Below are positions 30,173 to 38,317 of a stretch of 64,000 nucleotides of DNA, piece by piece (within the stretch, counting starts at the first letter, position 1; every line of letters starts with the position of its first letter). The DNA lies in the NCBI GenBank assembly GCA_965208835.1, contig OZ242358.1:3488001-3552000 (forward strand). The letters are read 5' to 3'. The position numbers and the translations under genes were made by a program. Source of the DNA: Candidatus Latescibacterota bacterium (lineage in GTDB: Bacteria > Latescibacterota > UBA2968 > GCA-2709665). The notes beneath the pieces were generated by a model. It ran no database searches and was not told the origin of the DNA. It saw nothing but the letters and a program-made list of their open reading frames with translations.

Positions 30173-31081
30173 ATGATCCCCATGCTCAGCAGCCTGTGCT
30201 ACGGACCGCTCGAAGTCTGTCAACTCCCGCGGACATGGTGGAAGGTTCTGCTGCGTAACGCGGGCATAATCGACGAAGAGTACCCGGACGTCAGCGAAGG
30301 CCTGGACAAATCCGTCCTGGAAGTGCTGAATCTGGACAGGTCGAAGACGCTGGCCTATCTGCGGGAAGACATGCCCGGCTACCTGCAGTTCGAAGCCTGG
30401 GTCCTCCGGCAGAACGATGGAGCGCTCGACCGCAAGGCGATTGACAGATGGAACGAATCCGTACGCACCCGAATTCACACCAGACCCGACAAGCTCGAGG
30501 AAACCACGAGTGACATCGGCATTCCCAACGACGGCGCGATCACGTCTGCCGTGGTCCTTAACGGACTTCAGGACTGGTCGCTCTTCTACAAACGCGACCT
30601 GAAAGGAAACTTTTCTGCCCTGAATGGTTCCGTGGTTCCACTCATCTCCAGCCTGGATTACGGACCGCTCAACGTCTGCCAGCTCCCGCGGACCTGGCTG
30701 AAAATACTGCTGAAGTCCAGGAACCTGCTGCATCCCGATTATCCCGACATGACCGAGGACGGTCTGGATCCCCGTGTCTTGCGTGCCGTGAATATCCAAC
30801 CGGACGATGCGGTCTGTTTCATCCGGGACAACGCGCCGTCCTATCTCGACTTCGAAGCTTGGATTCTCGGGAGGAACGACGGACGCGTGGACCCCGGCGC
30901 CGTAGACGCATGGAACGGGTTTGTGCGAAACCGAATCCACTCAAATGAGAAGATCGTGGATATTCACAATACACTGGGCCTGGAAAACGACGGTAGCCTG
31001 ACCTCCGCCGTCGTCCTGAACCACATTGAAGACTGGCACTTCGCGCACGCGGACCTGACGGGAGGGGGCGACATCTCGTGA
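30173..31081 (+). CDS. Protein with two tandem DUF5069-like repeats
   Basis: Two ~150-aa repeats each starting SSL.YGPL.VCQLPRTW.K and ending TSAVVLN...DW; GAGGAGG RBS before ATG 30173. Confidence 0.7.
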   Translation: MIPMLSSLCYGPLEVCQLPRTWWKVLLRNAGIIDEEYPDVSEGLDKSVLEVLNLDRSKTLAYLREDMPGYLQFEAWVLRQNDGALDRKAIDRWNESVRTRIHTRPDKLEETTSDIGIPNDGAITSAVVLNGLQDWSLFYKRDLKGNFSALNGSVVPLISSLDYGPLNVCQLPRTWLKILLKSRNLLHPDYPDMTEDGLDPRVLRAVNIQPDDAVCFIRDNAPSYLDFEAWILGRNDGRVDPGAVDAWNGFVRNRIHSNEKIVDIHNTLGLENDGSLTSAVVLNHIEDWHFAHADLTGGGDIS

Positions 31082-31157
31082 ACACCGCCGTCAACGTCCG
31101 GGCGCCACTCCCGTTTTTCGCATTTCTACGGTCATTCATTTTGCGTTCAGATAGTTG

Positions 31158-31186
31158 TTGACAGGTTCCGATTTATGAATTAAAAT
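31158..31186 (+). promoter_or_regulatory. Near-consensus sigma70 promoter with no obvious downstream gene
   Basis: TTGACA-17 nt-TAAAAT; overlapped and followed by inverted repeat AATACC...GGTATT (31184-31205). Confidence 0.65.
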
Positions 31187-31318
31187 ACCGTTAAATTCGG
31201 GTATTAGTTTATATTGTCGACAGACGGGATTAGCGGCGCCGATCTTTCGGGTACAGTCGGAATTTCAACCCCGGGTGTGTCATGGGAACGGTCTACGCTA
31301 CTTAATTGCGTTTCAACA

Positions 31319-31540
31319 GTTTCAGGAAGGGTGGTGATATTCGGATCCACGTCGCCAAGCTTTTTACCGTTGTACATCTACGTGAGAAACTGTGGCTCGG
31401 GGCAAGTTGCCGCAATGAACCTTGCACTGCGTAAGTGATCGAGCGATATATCTTAAATATCTGCACAAGGTCTCTTCCTATCGCCATCACACCCTCCAGG
31501 GTCAATTCCTGAATCCCATCAGGCACAGTCTCTTCATACG
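31319..31540. repeat. Degenerate ~220-bp direct repeat, copy 1
   Basis: Collinear blocks shared with 32208-32413, including the exact 15-mer TGGCTCGGGGCAAGT. Confidence 0.65.
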
Positions 31541-32207
31541 GTCTGATCTCAGTCATTCACCCGAAAATCGCGTGTATCGCAATCCGTGGCGCGGTCATGT
31601 GTGCGCGTTGCGGCTTGATTGCTGTAAGTCACGGTACCCACGTGAATCGAAGTCCGGGGGTGTGACCGTATGGCGGCTTTTGTGTGCTTTGCAAAGTTAA
31701 TCGCTGTAACCGCAGTTAGACGTTGTCCCCGATGTGGCTGGGCGGCGCACCCCGCGCCTCCGTCGCGTCTGTTTTCAAAGTAACGCCTGATTCACGGTGC
31801 GGAATGTGACTGAATGGCGCGCCCTGCGCCTTCTAAACAGTCCCTCCCCTGCAGCTGCGTGAATCACTGTCCCGGGTGCGGCCGGAGGGCCAGACCGGCG
31901 CCTTCATCACGGTTTTTCACCCTGCTCTCTTGAATCGCTGCCCCGCGTGCGGCCGGGCGGCGCGCCCTGCGCCCTTATCCCGGTCAATTGTGTAAATCAC
32001 ACACGTACCACAGTTCGGGCTACGGTTCGGCGACGTGTCTTCCGTTTCAATTTCTCGGTATATCAACCTAATCGAGGGAATCTCGGTCCCGGTGCGGTAG
32101 TGCAGGTGGGTCAGGTCTGCATCAGTGACTGGAGCCGCTCCCATCGGGCGGATGCGCGGCAGGAACGCGAAAGCATTGACGTCGCGTCATTCTCTCTTTC
32201 TTCCCGC

Positions 32208-32413
32208 GTTCAGAAAGGAGGTGGTATCGGAATCCAAATCGCGAAGCGTCGGACCGCGGTATGTGTACGTGATAAGCTATGGCTCGGGGCAAGTGCTGAG
32301 GTGAAACGTCTCTCTGCTTGAACGGACGAGCAGTGTACTCCAGTTCTCTCAGCAACCCCATCACTCGCTCCAGGTCATTGCAAGAGTTACATCAGTTACT
32401 GTCTCGTCATGCG
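32208..32413. repeat. Degenerate ~220-bp direct repeat, copy 2
   Basis: See copy 1; ends ~30 nt before the WD40 gene start. Confidence 0.65.
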
Positions 32414-32444
32414 TTTTACTAATGCGTTGAGGGAGGGCATTCAG

Positions 32445-33910
32445 ATGAAAAAGCTGACGATTTTGAGTCTAATTGTCGTTTCGACGGCCGCCTTGCTTGT
32501 ACAGAACGGCCACGCACAGGACTACAATCGCTGGAGCTTGCCCGAGGGCGCCATTATGCGCCTGGGCAAAGGATACGTGTGGGACGTGGCCTGGTCGCCG
32601 GACCGCACGCGCCTGGCCGTCGGGGGTACTGCCGGCATCTGGATCTACGATGCCAGCTCCGGAGAAGAGATTTCCCTGATCACAGGACATTCATTCAGGG
32701 CCAATACGGTTGCGTTTTCGCCCGACGGTCTGACGCTGGCAAGTGGCAGCAGGGACGATACGGTGCGGTTGTGGGACGTGTCCACCGGAGAGGAAAAAAG
32801 CATCCTCACGGGGCACAGGTACGACGTCGAGGCGGTGGCATTCTCGCACGATGGGGCGACGGTGGCAAGCGGGAGTCGCGACGGCACGGTGCGGCTGTGG
32901 GACGTGACCACAGGGCAGGAAAGAGGCACCCTCGTCAATGAAAGTACCGGGGCAAGTTGAATAACCCCTGGGTCGTGTCGGTGGCTTTTTCGCCCGATGG
33001 TGCCACTCTGGCCAGCGCCAGCCGGGACAGTACCGTACGGGTGTGGGACGTGGCCACAGGGCAGGAAGAACACACGCTCACAGCACATACCCATGAGGTC
33101 CGGTCGGTGGCTTTTTCGCCGGACGGAGTGACGCTGGCAAGCGCCAGTTACGACCATACGGTGAGGTTGTGGGACGCGGAAACGGGACAGGAGAAGTTCA
33201 CCCTGGACGGGCATACCCATCGGGTGTATTCGGTGGCTTTTTCGCCCGACGGTCTGACGCTGGCAAGTGCCGGTCGGGACAGTACCGTACGGGTGTGGGA
33301 CGCGGTCACAGGGCAGGAGATGGGTACCATCACAGGACATACTTCCAGCGTCCGATCGGTGGTGTATTCGCAGGATGGGATGACGCTGGCAAGCCGGAGT
33401 TTCGACAGTTCGGTGCGGGCGTGGTTGGTGCGGGTATGGGAACTTGATACGGGGCAGGAGAAAAGCAGCCTCAGCCTCACAGGGCATACGTGGTCTGCCA
33501 ATTCGGTGGTGTACTCGCCGGATGGGACATTGCTGGCAAGCGGCAGTAGCGATCGTACGGTGCGGTTGTGGGACGTGTCCTCAGGGCAGAATATACGCGC
33601 CCTCACAGGACATACCGATCCAATCTTATCCGTAGTGTTCTCGCCGGATGGAAAAACGCTGGCAAGCGCCAGTTACGACTGTACGATTCTGCTGTGGGAT
33701 GTCTCTTCACGTGCCACGCTGCAACCCCTTTCCGCCGATTTCGACGGCGACGGAGCCGTGGGCTTTTCCGACTTTCTGCAATTCGCCGCAAATTACGGGT
33801 TGAGCTGGGGAGACGCGGGATATGACGCGCGATTCGATCTGGACGGCGACGGCGAGGTCGGTTCCGCCGATTTGTGGATCTTCCGGAAAAGCTACGGCCG
33901 GGGTAGCTGA
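32445..33910 (+). pseudogene. Exported WD40-repeat protein with C-terminal EF-hand/dockerin-like tag, split by a frameshift near 32941-32957
   Basis: Signal peptide MKKLTILS..AQ; WD repeats (GH...V.SVAFSPDG.TLAS.S.D.TVRLWD) continue across ORFs 32409-32960 and 32957-33910; one extra A in GAAAG restores the frame. Confidence 0.8.
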
Positions 33911-34191
33911 AGCGCCGGGACCGGGTCGGGACGATACCGCTCCAGGTCTGCATGATTGACAGGAACACCATGCCCTCGAGCGGGTTGCCGGCTTGCGAGC
34001 TGAAGTCTGGGTGAACGCTTTTATCGACATCGCATCAATCTCGCGGTTCTTACGCGTTCTGAAGAGACGTGTACGTGGAATCCAAGCCGCCAGATGTTTC
34101 GCCGCTGTACGTTTATTCGCAGACGACGATCGGCTGCAATACCGGTTGTCGCCGATCACCAAATTGATCACGTTCGGAAAGGGGTTAGAAA

Positions 34192-35370
34192 ATGGATCGG
34201 GACGACCTCAAAGGAAGAATGGAAGCACTGGAAGAAAGGCTGCGCTGGCAGAAGCGGGCAATTGCCGGTTTGATCGTTGTATTCCTTTTCAGCGCGTCGC
34301 CCGCGTTGACCCGGGCATCGAAATGGTTCGACCGAATCCTCCCGGCAAAGCTGACCTCGTTAAGCCTTCAACACGTCACGGAACGGGGCGAAGTGCGGTT
34401 TGACGATCTTTCGCCCATCGGGGTGGAACTCCCGTTGCCTGAGACCGGGTATGTTGAACTGAGCAAGATCGCTCCGGAGCAGACCGTCAATGCCGTCGAT
34501 ACGCTGCGAGTGGGTGCGGTTCACATCATAAACGCAAACGGAGCGCTCGTCGCGGCAATCGGGTCGAGTCAGTCCGGAAACGGTGTGCTCGAGGTGAGGA
34601 ACAGCAGCGGTGACGTTGTATCGGTTGTGGGCGTGGATCCAAGAGGACATGGCACCATGGGGGTCCTCAATTCGGCCGGTCGCGTCACCGCCGCCATGGG
34701 CGCCGATCGGTCTGAACAGGCCAACGGAGTTGTCGACGTCAAGAGCGCAAAGGGTTCGGCGGCCGCACTCGCCTTTGATGATGCCGGGGATGGTGCGATC
34801 GGTGTGTTCAACATGGACAAAAGGCTGGTTTCCGGATTCGGCATTGACAACAATGGTCACGGCGCCCTACGCATCGTAAATGCAACGGGCGGAGTCGTTG
34901 CCGCGATAGGTGCGGATAAGTCGGACGCCGCCAATGGATGGATGGATGTCAGAAACAAATCCGGACCGGCGGCGGGATTCTCCGTCGACGCGGACGGAGA
35001 CGGCCTGGTCATCGCGGGCAACCGAAACAACGATGAGGTTTCGATAATGGGCGCGAATGAGAACGGGCATGGTATCGTAGGATTCAAGAATGCGTCCGGG
35101 CGGGTTGTGGTCGGCATAGGTGCCGATTCGACCGGCGCCGGGGTGTTGAATGTCGAAGGCGGACGGTTCCGGGCCTTTCTCGATGCGGACGGCAACGGAG
35201 TCGCGAAAACGCTTGGGCAGCATGGGAATCTTCTCTGGTCTTCTGAAGCGTCTCCCGACGGTGGAGGCGGCACGTCTACCGGTCTGATCGGGGACTTCGA
35301 CGGCAACGGCAAGGTCGATTTCGCGGATTTCTTGACATTCGCGGCGAATTTCGGCAAGACCAGCGGATAA
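34192..35370 (+). CDS. Membrane-anchored beta-repeat protein with C-terminal EF-hand/dockerin-like tag
   Basis: Coiled coil plus TM N-terminus; ~22-24 aa repeats G.G.L.V.N..G..V..hG.D; ends GDFDGNGKVDFADFLTFAANFG. Confidence 0.75.
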   Translation: MDRDDLKGRMEALEERLRWQKRAIAGLIVVFLFSASPALTRASKWFDRILPAKLTSLSLQHVTERGEVRFDDLSPIGVELPLPETGYVELSKIAPEQTVNAVDTLRVGAVHIINANGALVAAIGSSQSGNGVLEVRNSSGDVVSVVGVDPRGHGTMGVLNSAGRVTAAMGADRSEQANGVVDVKSAKGSAAALAFDDAGDGAIGVFNMDKRLVSGFGIDNNGHGALRIVNATGGVVAAIGADKSDAANGWMDVRNKSGPAAGFSVDADGDGLVIAGNRNNDEVSIMGANENGHGIVGFKNASGRVVVGIGADSTGAGVLNVEGGRFRAFLDADGNGVAKTLGQHGNLLWSSEASPDGGGGTSTGLIGDFDGNGKVDFADFLTFAANFGKTSG

Positions 35371-35551
35371 CGTAACGTACGTATCGACCCTTCGAGACGA
35401 GAAATCGGAACGAAAGCGTTTGCAGCCGACTCACGATAAGTGGTTTTACTTCTTGCATTTTACGTGTAGACACAGCGAAATGGGGGTGGAGACGAACTCA
35501 AAGCCGAGCCAGTCGCGCAGCAAACGGGCGGCTGGACCCCGAGTCTGCGCT

Positions 35552-36142
35552 TCAGGAAGGGGCGGTTGGCTGACAGGTGGGGCTGACGGCCTGCCATTGG
35601 CGCAGAACCTCAAAGACGAGGACGGCGCTGGCCGCGGCGACGTTGAGGCTGTTTTTGTAGCCGTACATGGGAATCTCAACCAGCTCGTCGCAGCACTCCA
35701 GTGCGTTGCGACTCACGCCGAGGGCCTCATTACCCACGATGAGGGCCAAGGGGCACGGATAGTTCAGCTCGGTGTAGCAGCGACTTTGCGATGTCGTCTC
35801 CAGCGCCCAAACCTGCACTTGGCGAACGCGCAAGTGCTCAATGGCTTCTAGCGTGGTGGCGAAGTGGCGGGTCTCGATGTACGGGAGGGTACCCAACGCC
35901 GTCTTGTCGAGCTTGGGATGGGGAGGATGAGCCGTGTAGCCACAGGTGTAGATACCCTGCAAGCGACCCGCGTCGGCCGTGCGGAAGATCGCGCCGACGT
36001 TGAAGGCGCTGCGCAAATTGTCGAGTACCAAATAGAGTGGGTGCTTGGGCAGGCGGATGAATTCGTCGACGGGCATCTCCGCGTCGAACGTGCGGACCTC
36101 AAAGCTGGTCTCCTTGCCGTAGTTGCCCGGCCGCAATTTCAC
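35552..36142 (-). CDS. SpoU/TrmH family RNA methyltransferase
   Basis: LVLDNLRSAFNVGAIFRTAD, LIVGNEALGV, EIPMYGYKNSLNVA. Confidence 0.93.
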   Translation of the reverse strand: MKLRPGNYGKETSFEVRTFDAEMPVDEFIRLPKHPLYLVLDNLRSAFNVGAIFRTADAGRLQGIYTCGYTAHPPHPKLDKTALGTLPYIETRHFATTLEAIEHLRVRQVQVWALETTSQSRCYTELNYPCPLALIVGNEALGVSRNALECCDELVEIPMYGYKNSLNVAAASAVLVFEVLRQWQAVSPTCQPTAPS

Positions 36143-37176
36143 CCGACTTCCTCCGGGGCTACGGGCCGCTGCTCGGCGGCAGAGAGCCGTGCGGCCTCAA
36201 TAGCGACCATGGTCTGCCGCACGCTCTCGGCGGTAACGGCCAGTTCGGCGCGGCCGGCGAGCGCGTCGGCGATGTTTTCGTAGTAGGAGCGCCAGCGACC
36301 GGGTGCCGTCTTAATGATGGTTTCCTCGGCTGACCTATAGAGGCGGGCGTAGTGCTCGGGTGCCTCTTCAGCCGCGTCGATGTCGCCGGCGATCATGGCC
36401 TTTTCCTGCGGGTCAACGCCCTCTTTGACCAGTGCGCCTTCAGTGCCCAGCGCGTACCAGCGCGGCTTGGACTTGCTCGCCAGCGACGAGGTCTCCACGC
36501 GCGCTTCGACGCCGTTGGCAAAGTGGAGCACGGCCAGCGCGTGGGACTCGACGTCAATGTTGAGTGGGTCGCCAGAGTGGAAGGTGGCGTACACCTTTGC
36601 GAGCGGCGCGACGATGAGCTGGAGGGCTTGATCGACCAGGTGTGCGCCTAAATCGAAGAATTTGCCGCCGCCGTGATGTGCGATGCTACGCCAGCCTCGC
36701 GGAGGCCCGTTTTGGCCCCAAAACATCTCCAGCAAAAAGAGATCGCCGAGCAGCCCTTGCCCCAGCGCGTCTTTAACGGCGAGAAAATCGCCGTCCCAGC
36801 GGCGATTCTGAAAGACGCTGAGCAAGCGGCCGTGCGCTTGGCTGGCGGCGATCATCTGGTCGGCCTCAGCCATGCTCAGGCACATGGGCTTGTCGGTGAC
36901 AACGTGTTTGCCCGCTGCCAGCGCTTGGATCGCGTGCGGGGCGTGGAGGTCATTTGGCGTGGCGAGGACGACTAAATCAACGGCTGAATCGGCCAACACC
37001 TCATCGAAGTGGCGGAAGGTCTTTACGCCCAAGTCGCGCTGAATTTCGTCGCGGGCCTCTGGCCGGCTTGTGGCGATGCCGTAGAGGTTCAGGCCGCCGG
37101 CCAGTCCCACTAAATAGGCGTGGAAGCAGCGGCCGGCAAAGCCATAGCCGATGACGACGACATTGGGTTTTTCCAT
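36139..37176 (-). CDS. Gfo/Idh/MocA family oxidoreductase
   Basis: VIGYGFAG..FH, ATPNDLH, GKHVVTDKP, VFQNRRWDGDF, GGG...DLGAHLVDQ. Confidence 0.92.
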   Translation of the reverse strand: MEKPNVVVIGYGFAGRCFHAYLVGLAGGLNLYGIATSRPEARDEIQRDLGVKTFRHFDEVLADSAVDLVVLATPNDLHAPHAIQALAAGKHVVTDKPMCLSMAEADQMIAASQAHGRLLSVFQNRRWDGDFLAVKDALGQGLLGDLFLLEMFWGQNGPPRGWRSIAHHGGGKFFDLGAHLVDQALQLIVAPLAKVYATFHSGDPLNIDVESHALAVLHFANGVEARVETSSLASKSKPRWYALGTEGALVKEGVDPQEKAMIAGDIDAAEEAPEHYARLYRSAEETIIKTAPGRWRSYYENIADALAGRAELAVTAESVRQTMVAIEAARLSAAEQRPVAPEEVG

Positions 37177-37280
37177 GACTCTACCTGTGAAACGGGCGTT
37201 TTGCGGCCGACAAATGGGCACTCATATTAAGAGAATTCAATGGTTTGGGCAAGTTTCAGGGGGAGCACAATGTAGCAGAT

Positions 37281-38054
37281 TCAAACCGGATGTTTGCTCC
37301 GATGAAATGCAACGAGGAAGTCGGATACGTCGCTTACGGCTAACTCCAGCATGGCCCGCCCGTCCTCGACGGTGGCATCCGCCGGGTTATCCGTGTAGCC
37401 GACGCCCGCCTGCCACTCGCCGTGGACCTGAACCACCGCGCCCGAAAGGCCCACGTCCAGACCGGCGTCGTCATGGACCTGACCGCTCATCGCGTCCAAT
37501 GCCTCCCCGTTCACCAGGTCCGGCCGTATCGCCATCATCAACGCCGCCTCGAATCGCCCGGCGTGGCCGGGGATGACCGACGACGGCATGACACTGGTGA
37601 GCGCCTCCCGCGCGATCGTCCAGTAATCGCCTGTCGCCACGGCCGCCGGATTGCCCAGCCGGTTCACGAAGTCCTGTCCCACGAGTCCGTTCGGGTTGCA
37701 ATTTCCCCCGTGGCCGTTCAACACCACGAGCCGCCTGAAGCCGCTTCGCGAAAGGCCCTCGAGAACATCCGTCACTGCGCCGACGTACGTGGTGGTCCTG
37801 AATGACAGCACACCCGGAAACGGATAGTGATGATGGGAGTTGCCGAATTGCAGCGTGGGAGCCACCACGATCGGGACCTGCTCATTTGCGCGCGCCGCCG
37901 CCCGGCGCGCGACCGTCCCGCAAAGAACGGCGTCCGTACACACCGGCAGGTGCGGTCCGTGCTGCTCGATAGCCGCCGTGGGCAGGACTGCCGTGGCCGT
38001 GGGCGCGATCGCCCGGATCTCTTCCCGGGTCATCTCTTCGAATAGAATGGACAC
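37281..38054 (-). CDS. Creatininase family protein
   Basis: LPTAAIEQHGPHLPVCTD, LNGHGGN, GHAGRFE. Confidence 0.92.
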   Translation of the reverse strand: MSILFEEMTREEIRAIAPTATAVLPTAAIEQHGPHLPVCTDAVLCGTVARRAAARANEQVPIVVAPTLQFGNSHHHYPFPGVLSFRTTTYVGAVTDVLEGLSRSGFRRLVVLNGHGGNCNPNGLVGQDFVNRLGNPAAVATGDYWTIAREALTSVMPSSVIPGHAGRFEAALMMAIRPDLVNGEALDAMSGQVHDDAGLDVGLSGAVVQVHGEWQAGVGYTDNPADATVEDGRAMLELAVSDVSDFLVAFHRSKHPV

Positions 38055-38143
38055 GAACTGTCCTCCTGATTTTGCTGTTGCTGTTGTGATTCGGCTGCGA
38101 TACTTCCTCGCGAGCCGATGCCCTGAACCCGCTGACCCTGAAC

Positions 38144-38223
38144 CGTTCCCTGAGCTTGTCGAAGGGCCGGTGAAGGGTCGAAACGCGGACGAAGCGCGGG
38201 CATTTCGACAAGCTCAATGAACG
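38144..38223. repeat. REP-like palindromic element
   Basis: CGTTCCCTGAGCTTGTCGAAGGG ... CATTTCGACAAGCTCAATGAACG (13-bp perfect arm TGAGCTTGTCGAA/TTCGACAAGCTCA plus outer CGTTC/GAACG). Confidence 0.7.
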
Positions 38224-38317
38224 CGCTTCGTCGAGCTTGGCAAGAGAAATTCGTTTCAGAAACCTATTCGGGCTTCTCTGGTGAGGACCCAATCCACGTG
38301 ACTCCGACGCGTAGCGC

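Noticed and set aside
32958-32960. TGA in the WD40 gene as a possible selenocysteine codon
   Set aside because: In-frame readthrough gives non-WD sequence; the repeats continue in a different frame
32700-33700. Near-identical DNA repeats as a CRISPR array or DGR TR/VR pair
   Set aside because: They are ~126-bp coding WD40 units; there are no unique spacers, no obvious adenine-specific differences and no reverse transcriptase or cas gene
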